Shown: positions 9,468-19,160, numbered from the stretch's first letter. The stretch is DNA of 64,000 bases from Desulfurococcaceae archaeon (GCA_038816475.1 JAWBAI010000002.1:1-64000), one strand, 5' to 3'. Program-made: numbers and translations. Notes: generated by a model from the sequence alone, not told the origin.

Positions 9468-11127
9468 CCACGCCGCTCTTGAAAAAGTTCAATCCTACAT
9501 AGATATAGCTCAAAAGTACAACGCTAAGTTAACAGTAGCAGGAGATACCTTGTTCATAGTTTCAGATAAAAAAGATCTACCGGAAATAGCAGACTTTATA
9601 TTCAACAAGAACAAGTGTACTTTCAGAGTCTGCGTTGGAACCGATGAAAGGCCTATCAACGGGTACTTCTCGTTAACACACATATTTACGGATGACAAAG
9701 CTGGGCTCTACATAGCGTTAAAGACTTACCTCGAGAGTGAAAACCCAGTAGCTCCGAGTATTACACCGGTTGTTCCAGCCGCAGATTGGTGTGAAATGGA
9801 AGCAAGAGATTTATTGGGAATAGAGTTCACAGGGAGAGAGAATTACAGGCTTGTTTTACCACCGGATTGGCCAGAGAACTATTACCCTCTGAGAAAGGAT
9901 TTTCCATACAGTTACAGACCCCCTGTTAAAGCGATAAGCGAAAGAGCATCCGAACATCCAGAGGCTGGTGTAGTTCCCGTTGGACCTTATCACCCAGCTC
10001 TACATGAACCCGAGTACTTCGAGCTCCTAGTGGAAGGAGAACGCGTCGTAGATGTTAAGTACCGAGGTTTCCATGTTCACAGGGGCATAGAAAAACTAGC
10101 TGAGAGCAGGTTGACCTATCAGCAGGTGAACTTCTTAGCTGAGAGAATATGCGGTATATGCGGCTTTGAACACTCCACGTGCTATGCTCTAGCAGTTGAA
10201 AAAGCCGCTGAACTAGACGTCCCAGAGCGTGCTCAGTACATTAGGAGCATTGTCCTCGAGGTTGAAAGATTACACAGCCATCTGCTATGGCTTGGAGTGG
10301 CTTTTCACCTTGTTGGATACGATGCTGGTTTCATGCATGTATGGCGCATAAGAGAAAAAGTCATGTACCTAGCTGAGCTATTAACGGGTAGTAGAAAAAC
10401 CTACGGTATAAACCTCATAGGAGGTGTTCGAAGAGACATTAACGAAGATAAAAAGCAAAAGGTCCTTGAAACACTGAGAGAACTCAGAAAAGAGTTTACG
10501 AACTTCATCGAAGTTGCACTCGCTGTTCCCCAGGTTAAACGCCGCTTAACCGGAACCGGTGTATTAAGCAAAGAAGATGCTGTAAAGCTCTCGGTTGAAG
10601 GACCCGTAGCTAGGGCTTCCGGTATAGACAGAGACGCTAGAAGAGATCTACCGTACGCAGGCTACAAGAACGTTTCGTTCAAAGTACCCGTGTACACCGA
10701 GGGCGATAATTTAGCAAGAGCTCTCGTAAGAGTGGATGAGATCTTTGAATCCATACACATGATCGAGCAGCTGCTGGATAGCATCCCCTCTGGACCCATA
10801 ATGCTGGAGAACTTCGAAATACCCGAAGGCAGAATCGGCATTCAAGTCGTTGAAGCTCCCCGTGGAGGTGATATACACTTCGTCTTAACAGGGAAGGGAA
10901 AACCCTACAGATGGAGGGTTAGAGCACCTACGTATAGCAATATACCCGCGCTGAGAGTTATGCTGAGAGGTCAACCCCTAGCCGATGCCCCGCTTACGAT
11001 TGCAAGCATAGATCCCTGCTTCTCTTGCACCGATAGAGCAGTGGTCATACGGTCCTTTACTACTGGGGAAGTTCTATCTGTGACTACACTTGAACGTATT
11101 GTAAGTAAGGTGAGAAAGAGTGAGTAA
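9454..11127 (+). CDS. Group 4 [NiFe]-hydrogenase large subunit (HycE-like, fused NuoC-NuoD)
   Basis: L1 ERICGICGFEH and L2 DPCFSCTDR with all four Ni-Fe cysteines; C-terminal extension after R. Confidence 0.95.
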   Translation: MLMSNHAALEKVQSYIDIAQKYNAKLTVAGDTLFIVSDKKDLPEIADFIFNKNKCTFRVCVGTDERPINGYFSLTHIFTDDKAGLYIALKTYLESENPVAPSITPVVPAADWCEMEARDLLGIEFTGRENYRLVLPPDWPENYYPLRKDFPYSYRPPVKAISERASEHPEAGVVPVGPYHPALHEPEYFELLVEGERVVDVKYRGFHVHRGIEKLAESRLTYQQVNFLAERICGICGFEHSTCYALAVEKAAELDVPERAQYIRSIVLEVERLHSHLLWLGVAFHLVGYDAGFMHVWRIREKVMYLAELLTGSRKTYGINLIGGVRRDINEDKKQKVLETLRELRKEFTNFIEVALAVPQVKRRLTGTGVLSKEDAVKLSVEGPVARASGIDRDARRDLPYAGYKNVSFKVPVYTEGDNLARALVRVDEIFESIHMIEQLLDSIPSGPIMLENFEIPEGRIGIQVVEAPRGGDIHFVLTGKGKPYRWRVRAPTYSNIPALRVMLRGQPLADAPLTIASIDPCFSCTDRAVVIRSFTTGEVLSVTTLERIVSKVRKSE

Positions 11128-11647
11128 GGGAGATATTCTAAAACCACTAAAACTCATAATTGTCGCTGGCAAAACTGGACGTGTGACTATTAAATATCCT
11201 TTCGAAGAGCCACTTGTATCCCCAGAGTTCAGAGGACTGATCAAGATAAACGCGGAGAAGTGCATAGGATGTGGTGCATGTGTTAATGCTTGTCCACCTA
11301 ATGCTCTAGAGATGATCGAGTCTGAGGACAAAAAAATCCTGAAGTACTACGCTGGGCGTTGCATATTCTGCTGGAGATGCGTAGATGTTTGCCCAGTAAA
11401 GGCGATCGAAGGTACAAAGGAGTTTGAACTAGCAACAAACGATCCGATAGACCTGCACTCATATACTATCCATACCAGAGTAAAATGCTCCACGTGCGGT
11501 CAACCGGCAGAAACAGTCAGGATGAGAAACTACGTACTGAGCAGAGCCATTGTAGCTGAGAACTACGCTGAAGAATGCTCTTCATGTAGGAAGAATAGCT
11601 TTATCAAAGCACTTTCCATACGTAAGGCTGGTTTCTATGAAGAGTAA
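11120..11647 (+). CDS. Hydrogenase Fe-S subunit HycF/NuoI family
   Basis: TIKYPFE, CIGCGACVNACP, CIFCWRCVDVCP, extra CxxC pairs. Confidence 0.92.
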   Translation: MSKGDILKPLKLIIVAGKTGRVTIKYPFEEPLVSPEFRGLIKINAEKCIGCGACVNACPPNALEMIESEDKKILKYYAGRCIFCWRCVDVCPVKAIEGTKEFELATNDPIDLHSYTIHTRVKCSTCGQPAETVRMRNYVLSRAIVAENYAEECSSCRKNSFIKALSIRKAGFYEE

Positions 11648-12119
11648 AGCTCTTGATAGGATAAAGAGAAGCATTTGGGTATTTCACCTGAACACTGGTA
11701 GTTGTAACGCATGTGACATCGAGATCCTGGATACATTAACACCGTATCACGACGCTGAAAGATTCGGAGTTAAGCTAGTAGCGTCTCCTAGGCATGCTGA
11801 CGTAGTACTGCTTACAGGTCCTATAACGCTAGAGTCTTTACCGAAGGTAATAAATGCTATAGAAGCAGTGCCGAGGCCTAGGATTATAGTTGCTCTGGGT
11901 TCTTGCGGTTGTGGTGGCGGAATATGGCATGACACTTACTCGACAATAGGAGGTGTTAACTCGTTAATAGGGATACTCAAGGAACGTGGTATAGAAGTGG
12001 ACGGAGTGTACTACGTTCCAGGTTGCCCGATAAGACCAGAAGCACTGCTCTACGCAATAGCCTTGATTAAGGGCCTCGTTGAGAAGAAAGCTAGTAAGCA
12101 GGTGGCTACAGCTGAGTAA
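11637..12119 (+). CDS. Group 4 hydrogenase small subunit HycG/NuoB family
   Basis: GSCNACDIE, SPRHAD, LGSC, VPGCP. Confidence 0.94.
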   Translation: MKSKALDRIKRSIWVFHLNTGSCNACDIEILDTLTPYHDAERFGVKLVASPRHADVVLLTGPITLESLPKVINAIEAVPRPRIIVALGSCGCGGGIWHDTYSTIGGVNSLIGILKERGIEVDGVYYVPGCPIRPEALLYAIALIKGLVEKKASKQVATAE

Positions 12120-12420
12120 AGCACGTTTACTGAAGATATACCTGTGCGAGTACACGCCGTTCGAAGCTATTTTCCCAAGACACTTCATCACGGGAGTTTC
12201 CAGATGCTCAGAGATAGCCACAGTGAATTACAGTATCGTTGAACGTGCTCTTGGGCATGAACAAATAGAGAAACTAGAACACCATGGTGAGCTACTATTG
12301 GTAGATTCCAGCATCGTAGAGAAACTACTATGGGTCATCGGCTTAAAAGTAAACTTAACTGCTTACAACTACGTTCTCATAAAGAGTAGTGTTGAGGAAG
12401 GCGCCGCCGCCGGGATTTGA
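12079..12420 (+). CDS. Hypothetical protein, last gene of hydrogenase operon (start possibly CTG at 12112); 3' end overlaps tRNA-Asp antisense
   Basis: Fills the gap between hycG-like gene and tRNA; protein-like composition. Confidence 0.6.
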   Translation: MRRKLVSRWLQLSKARLLKIYLCEYTPFEAIFPRHFITGVSRCSEIATVNYSIVERALGHEQIEKLEHHGELLLVDSSIVEKLLWVIGLKVNLTAYNYVLIKSSVEEGAAAGI

Positions 12421-12476
12421 ACCCGGGTCACGGGCTCGACAGGCCCGCATACTCGACCGGGCTATACTACGGCGGC
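12402..12476 (-). tRNA. tRNA-Asp(GTC)
   Basis: GCCGCCG acceptor, anticodon loop CT-GTC-GA, GGTTCAAATCC T-arm; CCA not encoded. Confidence 0.96.
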
Positions 12477-12526
12477 GTCTGTTGTTTATTGAAGAGAAAT
12501 CACACTTTTAAAGCTTATCCTCGAGG

Positions 12527-12727
12527 CTACACAACGTAGCTAGGCTTTTTATTCAGGTCTAGAACGCCTTTCTCGAGCTTCGCTTTGATGCGGTATTCTA
12601 CGTATTTATCAACCGGGCTAAACCTCGGTGGATGAGGTACTACTAATTCCCCTCCGCAGTAAGGGCACTTGTCCTTCGCCAAGGTATAACGCCCGCACCT
12701 AGAGCACTTTCTCATTAACCAGTTCAC
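12527..12727 (-). CDS. nop10: H/ACA RNP protein Nop10
   Basis: KCSRCGRYTL..CPYCG..PHPPRFSPVDKY; follows aIF2-alpha. Confidence 0.95.
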   Translation of the reverse strand: MNWLMRKCSRCGRYTLAKDKCPYCGGELVVPHPPRFSPVDKYVEYRIKAKLEKGVLDLNKKPSYVV

Positions 12728-13521
12728 GTTTTCTCACGCTCCGCTCTATACAACACCTCGAGCTTACTAGCCATCTCTTGACCTACTTTTACGGCTTCAT
12801 CAGCGTGTTTCTCTGCCATTTTGTAGTCCTCCGAGTAGACCTCTAGTACGTATCTTGGAGATCCTGCAACATACAGTCTATACCTTACGCCAGCACTATC
12901 GAGATACGAAGCAATGGCCTCGAGGCATTTCTTAATTCTCTCAACACCATCGCTGCTCAAGCTTTGGAGAAACACTTTGTACTTAACAACTACTTCCTTA
13001 ACCCTTACATGTCTTCTTACCTCCTCTAAGAGGGGTTCGTGCCAATCTTCGGGAATACCTGCTTCTTCAAAAACCTTGGAACCCTTCGTTAGCGCCTCCT
13101 CAAGAGCGTACATGACATCACCGTATTCATCCTCAAGAGGCCATATTACTTCTCTATAAGCATCCTCTACTCTCCTACCGATCTTCTCAGCCACTAGTTC
13201 CACTATTTTACAGGCTTTTGAATACCTCTTCCACCAAAGCATTTTTCTCTGCTTCTCTGTATCTGATACTCTCTTGAGAGAAACATCCACCTCCTTTTTC
13301 CCCTTATCTACCCTGATCACCTTCACTACTATTTTCTGTCCCTCCCTGATCACTTCTCTTATGTCTCTAATCCACTTGGATGAAACCTCGCTCCACGGAA
13401 GAAACGCTTTTAGGTCTGCATACTCGTCCAGCGTTACATACGCTCCAAACTCATGGATATCCTTAACTGTTGCTATTGTTAATTCACCCTGATCCGGCAG
13501 TTCTTTCCTGGGTAACACCAT
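12724..13521 (-). CDS. eif2a: Translation initiation factor aIF2 alpha
   Basis: S1 domain LPDQGELTIATV...VDVSLKRV; GSPRY. Confidence 0.95.
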   Translation of the reverse strand: MVLPRKELPDQGELTIATVKDIHEFGAYVTLDEYADLKAFLPWSEVSSKWIRDIREVIREGQKIVVKVIRVDKGKKEVDVSLKRVSDTEKQRKMLWWKRYSKACKIVELVAEKIGRRVEDAYREVIWPLEDEYGDVMYALEEALTKGSKVFEEAGIPEDWHEPLLEEVRRHVRVKEVVVKYKVFLQSLSSDGVERIKKCLEAIASYLDSAGVRYRLYVAGSPRYVLEVYSEDYKMAEKHADEAVKVGQEMASKLEVLYRAEREKT

Positions 13522-15490
13522 GGCTTACACCACCTCTATACCTGAATACTGAAACCATGTAATAAACAGTGTATACACCGTGATATGTGGTGCTAATCCT
13601 GGTGATCTCAATGCTCTTCGCGAACACCAAGTCGAAGTACCGGATTGTACTGTTAAGTTCGAAGCCAACCATGTAGTTGTATACCCGATAACCCTGATCA
13701 CGTAGAGCTTTTACAGCTAACTGCGGAAGCAGAATGCTGGCGCCACGCATGTTCCACGACACAGCTGTTGCTCTTTCCCTTTCGAGCCCCATTAAGACAA
13801 AGTAGTCTCCGAGAGTTTTGTTAGCATCAACCAGCAAACTGGGCAAAACGGCCAAATCCTCATAGCCTTCAAGTATAACCAAGGGGTACGTTCTGCCCAT
13901 ATAAGTCATCGTTATCTCTCTGGGAACCCCTATGTATACATATTCATGTGCTTCACGCGCTGTGTACGGGTACACTAGAATTAAGTACACTTCACTCACT
14001 CCTGTGATAACTGTTATGTTTTCCAGTATGCGAAGTACTGTATCTTCATCACTTGTGAGAAGCCTGGCGAGTAGGTTCCGAGAACTCTCACCTGAGTCTG
14101 GCGATGCGAGTAGTTGTACTTTAAAGCCGTTTCTAGAGAACAGATCAGCCGCCCAATACGCATTGTCTGGAGTTGCTATTACGATTAGCTTCCTATCTGA
14201 TAAATCAGCTCTTACACTATTCACGATTTCATGTTCAAGCGTTGTAAGAACCTCACTAAGCTTCGTCGGCTGTTCACCAGCTACTAGTATCACCTCTCTC
14301 ATGGGCGTATTATAGGTGAGCATGATCGGATTGATCGCAAATGCTCCTACGTAGGAAGCTAGTATAGCTGAGAACAGTATACCCGCGGATATGAATCTCG
14401 GCTTCTGCAATTTACTGCTTAAATCAACGCTCCGCGTGAACTCGTGAAAACCTACGAGAAGTCTAGAAGCTGACGCAGATGATACAGCAACAAATGGAAT
14501 ACACAAACTCATGGAAAAAACAGAAGTAGGAGCTAGTAGCATAGTCAGCAGAGCTACGTGGTACTCAGCTACGCTAGCCTTCCTCTTAGCAATAAAGAGT
14601 GCACCAGGTAGTCCTATAAAACCTGCAAATCCCCATTGTACGATCGTATTAAAGTACCCAGCAGGTTTAACCCCAACTACACTTAGCTCAAGGAGAAAAA
14701 CAGCCACCGATGTCAATGCCACCATTACTACTACCAAAGCCCTGTACGATGCAAGAGAGGTTTTCTGGTGGCTTACGAGTAGTGATAGTACCGCAACCAT
14801 AGTAGTTGCTACCGTAAAAGGATTGTACTGAACTAAACCGGTGGCACTAGCAGCCAGAACACCCGAGTTTACAGCGATGAGCAATACTAGTATTCTCTTC
14901 GCATTCATCGCCATGGATTCCCCGCGAGCGTACATTAGTAACAGTAGCGCAGACACAGAGAGTGCTAGTATAAAGTGTGCTGGGTGAAGTGATAGTAGAG
15001 TGTACAATGCTAGACCTAGGATCGTCGTAGGGGATCTAAGTCCCCTATTAAAACCATCATACAGCAGTAGAAGAACTAAAGGAATCAACATGGAGGTGTA
15101 AAATAAGCCGTTGTGGTCTCTTATACCACGCAGAATTATCGGTGTTGACGTATACAATAACGCTGCAAGCCCTCCAGCTATGCTTGAACCTAGCATCTTA
15201 TACGTAAACACGTAAACAGTCACTATGGACAGGGCCAGGAGCGCGATTGAAGCAACTTCGCCTGTACTCACTCGTGAGATGATCCATGCGTAAACCGTGT
15301 AGTGTTTGCACTCACCGTAGATGTCTATTGCTCTGCAGAAGTCGCTGAAGCTCTCTGTAGCTCTAGCTATGTTAACTGCATATATGGTTGGGTTCGAACT
15401 AGTTAAGATGGCTAAAAGAAGGGGGAGAGACAGCGATGCAGCCAACATCATGTAACCAACGTAGTGCTCATTCAGCTTCATAATTACCAT
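13484..15490 (-). CDS. Multi-pass membrane protein, AglB/STT3 (GT-C)-like with degenerate catalytic motifs
   Basis: About 12-13 TM segments then a soluble C-domain; LRGIRDHNG, IVIATPDNAYWA and LLARLLTSDED at the positions of STT3 motifs. Confidence 0.6.
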   Translation of the reverse strand: MVIMKLNEHYVGYMMLAASLSLPLLLAILTSSNPTIYAVNIARATESFSDFCRAIDIYGECKHYTVYAWIISRVSTGEVASIALLALSIVTVYVFTYKMLGSSIAGGLAALLYTSTPIILRGIRDHNGLFYTSMLIPLVLLLLYDGFNRGLRSPTTILGLALYTLLSLHPAHFILALSVSALLLLMYARGESMAMNAKRILVLLIAVNSGVLAASATGLVQYNPFTVATTMVAVLSLLVSHQKTSLASYRALVVVMVALTSVAVFLLELSVVGVKPAGYFNTIVQWGFAGFIGLPGALFIAKRKASVAEYHVALLTMLLAPTSVFSMSLCIPFVAVSSASASRLLVGFHEFTRSVDLSSKLQKPRFISAGILFSAILASYVGAFAINPIMLTYNTPMREVILVAGEQPTKLSEVLTTLEHEIVNSVRADLSDRKLIVIATPDNAYWAADLFSRNGFKVQLLASPDSGESSRNLLARLLTSDEDTVLRILENITVITGVSEVYLILVYPYTAREAHEYVYIGVPREITMTYMGRTYPLVILEGYEDLAVLPSLLVDANKTLGDYFVLMGLERERATAVSWNMRGASILLPQLAVKALRDQGYRVYNYMVGFELNSTIRYFDLVFAKSIEITRISTTYHGVYTVYYMVSVFRYRGGVSHGVTQERTAGSG

Positions 15491-15594
15491 TCCGCAGATG
15501 CCCTGTTTTAACTACTTGAAGTGATCCACTGAGTGGTATTTTAAGCTTGCATGTAGTAAATACAATCAGTAGATGGTTACTCGTGGAGTTGCGA

Positions 15595-15972
15595 ATGAGC
15601 TCTGGAAAAACACGTAGAATTCACCAAAGGCTGTTAGACTACTACTTTGAGTACGATGTGCTTGCAAGCTCTGTAACAAGACTTCTCCTTGTACTAGGTA
15701 CTCTCCTGTATTTCGCTTCCGGTATTGCACTCTTCGCTTCTGCTGGTTCGCTAACTGTGGAAATCGCTGGTATAATCGCGTTGTATACAATCGCTGTCTT
15801 GTTATTGGTAGCCGTAAGCCTCATTGTACCCGTGGACTCAGATAAACATCGAGGTACTATTCGACGTGCAAAAGCTGTGGCTACGAAAACCGCTAGAACA
15901 AGGTTTATCAGCGCTGTGATTCTCCTAGCAGTATCACTTCTATGCTATGTATTCTTGTGCTTCGTCCTGTAG
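15595..15972 (+). CDS. Hypothetical membrane protein (about 3 TM)
   Basis: ATG preceded by GGAG; hydrophobic helices; fills the gap between GINS and the AglB-like gene. Confidence 0.65.
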   Translation: MSSGKTRRIHQRLLDYYFEYDVLASSVTRLLLVLGTLLYFASGIALFASAGSLTVEIAGIIALYTIAVLLLVAVSLIVPVDSDKHRGTIRRAKAVATKTARTRFISAVILLAVSLLCYVFLCFVL

Positions 15973-15975
15973 AAT

Positions 15976-16482
15976 CTACTTCACTACTTTCTCTTTGTAA
16001 AACCTGTAAAACGGTTCCTCCACAGGTTTACCACAATCTTGAATGCAAGCAAACACTAGCTCAAAGGGTTCTATAAGTGCAATTTCGCCTCTACGATACT
16101 GCTTACCAGCAAGTACACAGTTTTCACTAAATAGAAAGGCTATCCGATGCCCATACTTCACAGTAACAGGTGATATCAGTGATTCCTCAGCTTCAAGAAC
16201 CCCATGCAGCAGCTTCAATATGGGAGAATCAACGGACCCCGGAGAAATGTCCCCGCTCAAAGCGGATTTTATAAACCTGGTTTTCGAGAGGTTCTTCACG
16301 TCATTAGCTAGCTTTTTTAGAACTTCGTACGCAGCTTTCTTGCTAACGTCGCTCAGTTCATGGGATCTGCATAGGAGCTTGAATACCGCTGTATACACGT
16401 TGGAAAGTTTCTGAGGAGACATTTGAACCAGGTTTCTTGACTGAAGTTCTTCTCTGAGTATTTTTAACACGTGCTCGCTCAA
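15976..16482 (-). CDS. GINS subunit Gins15/Gins51
   Basis: Helical A-domain plus C-terminal beta B-domain; directly after priS in the PCNA-PriS-GINS cluster. Confidence 0.7.
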   Translation of the reverse strand: MSEHVLKILREELQSRNLVQMSPQKLSNVYTAVFKLLCRSHELSDVSKKAAYEVLKKLANDVKNLSKTRFIKSALSGDISPGSVDSPILKLLHGVLEAEESLISPVTVKYGHRIAFLFSENCVLAGKQYRRGEIALIEPFELVFACIQDCGKPVEEPFYRFYKEKVVK

Positions 16483-17618
16483 ACTTTCACCTCTAGATCC
16501 GAAGCATCAACCGGTACTACAAACCCCTTTACTATCAAGTGGATCGCGATATATGAATCTAGTCTAATGATACTACCCTTGGATAAATCCACAGTACTAT
16601 CAAGAACTGGAATTTTAGCTGTTACGAGTGACCTGACCCTGATCGAGCCCTTGAATGGTGTAAAAGAAGCGTAGGTAAAGCCCTCTATCCCCTTACCCAG
16701 GTCTACTTCGGCTGTTCTCAAGCCTGACTTCATGTTGAGGCTTCCGTTGAATCTGGAAAGCCTTGAAATGTCCATTGTTACCGATTTGTCAACTTTTATG
16801 CAAACTTCTTCGAGAAGCTTTTGAACGTTCTCCACGTCTACGATAAACACGTCTCTTAGACCTCTAAACTCTTTTTTCAGTTTAACGAGACCTCGTGCAG
16901 TAGCTAGATCTAGTACTCTTTTCCTAATTCCAAGCTCTTTCTTACCGAAAACAACATTATTCCTGTACGCCGGGAACATTTTTTCCAATGCGATGTCACT
17001 ACATGAGACGTACTCTGCAATAGCTCTTCGAGTATCTCTATCGTAAAGCAGAGCTTTCGTATCAAAGACTTTTACGTGAAACCCTCTATTGCCCGAAAAA
17101 TAGATCTTTATTCTCTCGAGTCCGAAATCGTCTTTCAGTACGTTGACCAATTTCAAGACGTCGTTCCAAGCATTCACGATACAGTTCCACGGAATGTAAC
17201 TGTAGACTAGTGGTTTATCACCGTTCTCGCATTTATCGATCTCAACCTCGTGAATGGATCCTGTTCTCGGGCATATCCAGTACTTGATCTCACAGCCCTT
17301 GTACTTATCGGCATCTATGTCGAACATTAGTTCAGAACCTTCCCATATTTTATCCTCCATTCGAGATGCACTCGGATTCGCGTAGATTGCTGAAGAGTAG
17401 TAGAGATGGAGTGGTGTTTTTACTCTGAGAATGTAGTTGTAGAGGTCATCCATGTAGGGAAACGAAAGGTGTCTTATATACGATTCATCCTCAAGGGATT
17501 CTAACGCGATTTCACGCTTGTGCAGATCCGTTGGTTCCTCGAGTGGTTTCTTACTGTAGTACTCTCTGATCAACTGTTTTAAAAACTGCTTCGTGCTAGT
17601 CAGTTCTCGGGGCAACAT
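16479..17618 (-). CDS. priS: DNA primase small subunit
   Basis: LYYSSA, ELMFDIDAD, FSGNRGFH, VTMDISRLSR. Confidence 0.95.
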   Translation of the reverse strand: MLPRELTSTKQFLKQLIREYYSKKPLEEPTDLHKREIALESLEDESYIRHLSFPYMDDLYNYILRVKTPLHLYYSSAIYANPSASRMEDKIWEGSELMFDIDADKYKGCEIKYWICPRTGSIHEVEIDKCENGDKPLVYSYIPWNCIVNAWNDVLKLVNVLKDDFGLERIKIYFSGNRGFHVKVFDTKALLYDRDTRRAIAEYVSCSDIALEKMFPAYRNNVVFGKKELGIRKRVLDLATARGLVKLKKEFRGLRDVFIVDVENVQKLLEEVCIKVDKSVTMDISRLSRFNGSLNMKSGLRTAEVDLGKGIEGFTYASFTPFKGSIRVRSLVTAKIPVLDSTVDLSKGSIIRLDSYIAIHLIVKGFVVPVDASDLEVKV

Positions 17619-18351
17619 AGAACTCTAGCTTTCCCCCTAGTGGTAGTTCGTAGGTAAGTCTAATTGGTGTTTCCAGGCCAAAGCCTATACTCAGCGTTTC
17701 AGCAACCTGAGATGCAGCAACTATGTCTACAAAGTAATCCAAAGTGTACTTTGACCTAGCCTCGCTCGATGAAGTATACTCTATGAGGGCTCCACTTGCT
17801 GAGCTTAACTCAATCTGTGCTTCGGCTATTTCGCTTTCTGCTCTCAATATGAGCTTGCCCTCGTCTGGTGGTGCGTAGAACTCAATAGTGTCACTTATAG
17901 GTTCAAGTTCTTTGATGACATCCTTGAATAGCTTTGGTAGAATCTTTCCAGTGAACGTCTCTTCGAAGCTTATTTCTGGAGGTTCTTCATAGGAGAGCTC
18001 TATGCTGGACAGTACGAACCTTCTAGAACCACGGCCCTCCAGCGAGATACCTATTCTACCGCCCGGTATAACCTCGAGTACAAGCTCATCTCCTTTCCTT
18101 GCACGCCTGAGCATTTTTGCGAGCTCTTCCATGTTAAGACCTATTACCACGTCTCCCGAGATATCGTATTCGTAGAACGCACTGCTTGGAATGTAGAAGT
18201 CCACGAGAACTACCGCTGAAGGATCCATAGCTCTAAGTTTAATTCCATCACTTGTAGCTTTGAAGTTTGCTTCCTCAATGATCTTAGATATAGCTACAAT
18301 TGAGTACTTCCATAATACAGCGTCTCTGAACCTAAGTTTCAACGCGTACAC
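17596..18351 (-). CDS. pcn: DNA polymerase sliding clamp PCNA
   Basis: RAMDPSAVVLV, LEFYVAPR. Confidence 0.95.
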   Translation of the reverse strand: MYALKLRFRDAVLWKYSIVAISKIIEEANFKATSDGIKLRAMDPSAVVLVDFYIPSSAFYEYDISGDVVIGLNMEELAKMLRRARKGDELVLEVIPGGRIGISLEGRGSRRFVLSSIELSYEEPPEISFEETFTGKILPKLFKDVIKELEPISDTIEFYAPPDEGKLILRAESEIAEAQIELSSASGALIEYTSSSEARSKYTLDYFVDIVAASQVAETLSIGFGLETPIRLTYELPLGGKLEFYVAPRTD

Positions 18352-18396
18352 CCCTAAAATACACTACTCGGCTTAATGTTTAAAAACGAATCGAGT

Positions 18397-18744
18397 TTAC
18401 TCGTATTCCCTCCAGACGTAGCCACATTTAGCGCACTTATAAAATCTCGTAGGTGGTTCATCGGCTGCTCTTGTCTGAACTACCCAGTAGTAAGCTTCAT
18501 TGTGGCCACATTTCTTGCACGTTACGTCTCGTGTTATTGGCAACCTGGATATCTCCTGGGGTTCTTCTACAACTACAGTTTTCTCTTTCACGCTATGTTC
18601 AATCCTGGATGAGACCTTCAAGGTCGTGGACTTTTCAGGTGATTGTACCTTGTAACCACATCTTACGCACTTCATGTAGGTGAATGAGCCTTCTCTTACG
18701 GGTCTCATTAATCCTCCGCATTTAGGGCATATGAGGTTAACCAA
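18397..18744 (-). CDS. tfs: Transcription factor S (TFS)
   Basis: Two Zn ribbons; QTRAADEPPTRFYKC acidic hairpin intact. Confidence 0.95.
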   Translation of the reverse strand: MVNLICPKCGGLMRPVREGSFTYMKCVRCGYKVQSPEKSTTLKVSSRIEHSVKEKTVVVEEPQEISRLPITRDVTCKKCGHNEAYYWVVQTRAADEPPTRFYKCAKCGYVWREYE

Positions 18745-19160
18745 TTATCTCCACCCAGTACACCACACTTACTACTGGTTTCTACGGTGGATCCAGTATT
18801 AGGGGGGTTAATTAGCCCGCGTCTACAGAGAATACAGAGAATTTGGGTTATTAGCCTGCAGTATTCCCGCATTAGCAATAGGTAATCGCCTCCTTCGAGA
18901 ACCTTTAAGCCACGTACGCTTTGAGTGTACTTGCTTTCAGTGCAGGGTACTGCGTAAGTTAGTTCATGATACGTCCTCAGAGCACTTTCTATATACCTGG
19001 TGAAGTCAAGTACTAAAGCCCTACTCGTGATGTGCAACTCTTCGAGGAAGTTCTTTCTGTATGTTGCAAAAACAGCATAATCTTTACACATTCCATACGC
19101 TATTACACGGGCTTCCTCTTTCCTTTTATACATTGAGGCGTTAACCCAGTACGTTTTCAA
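18708..19160 (-). CDS. Hypothetical protein between rpoL and tfs
   Basis: Fills operon gap; no motif recognised. Confidence 0.55.
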   Translation of the reverse strand: MKTYWVNASMYKRKEEARVIAYGMCKDYAVFATYRKNFLEELHITSRALVLDFTRYIESALRTYHELTYAVPCTESKYTQSVRGLKVLEGGDYLLLMREYCRLITQILCILCRRGLINPPNTGSTVETSSKCGVLGGDNWLTSYALNAED

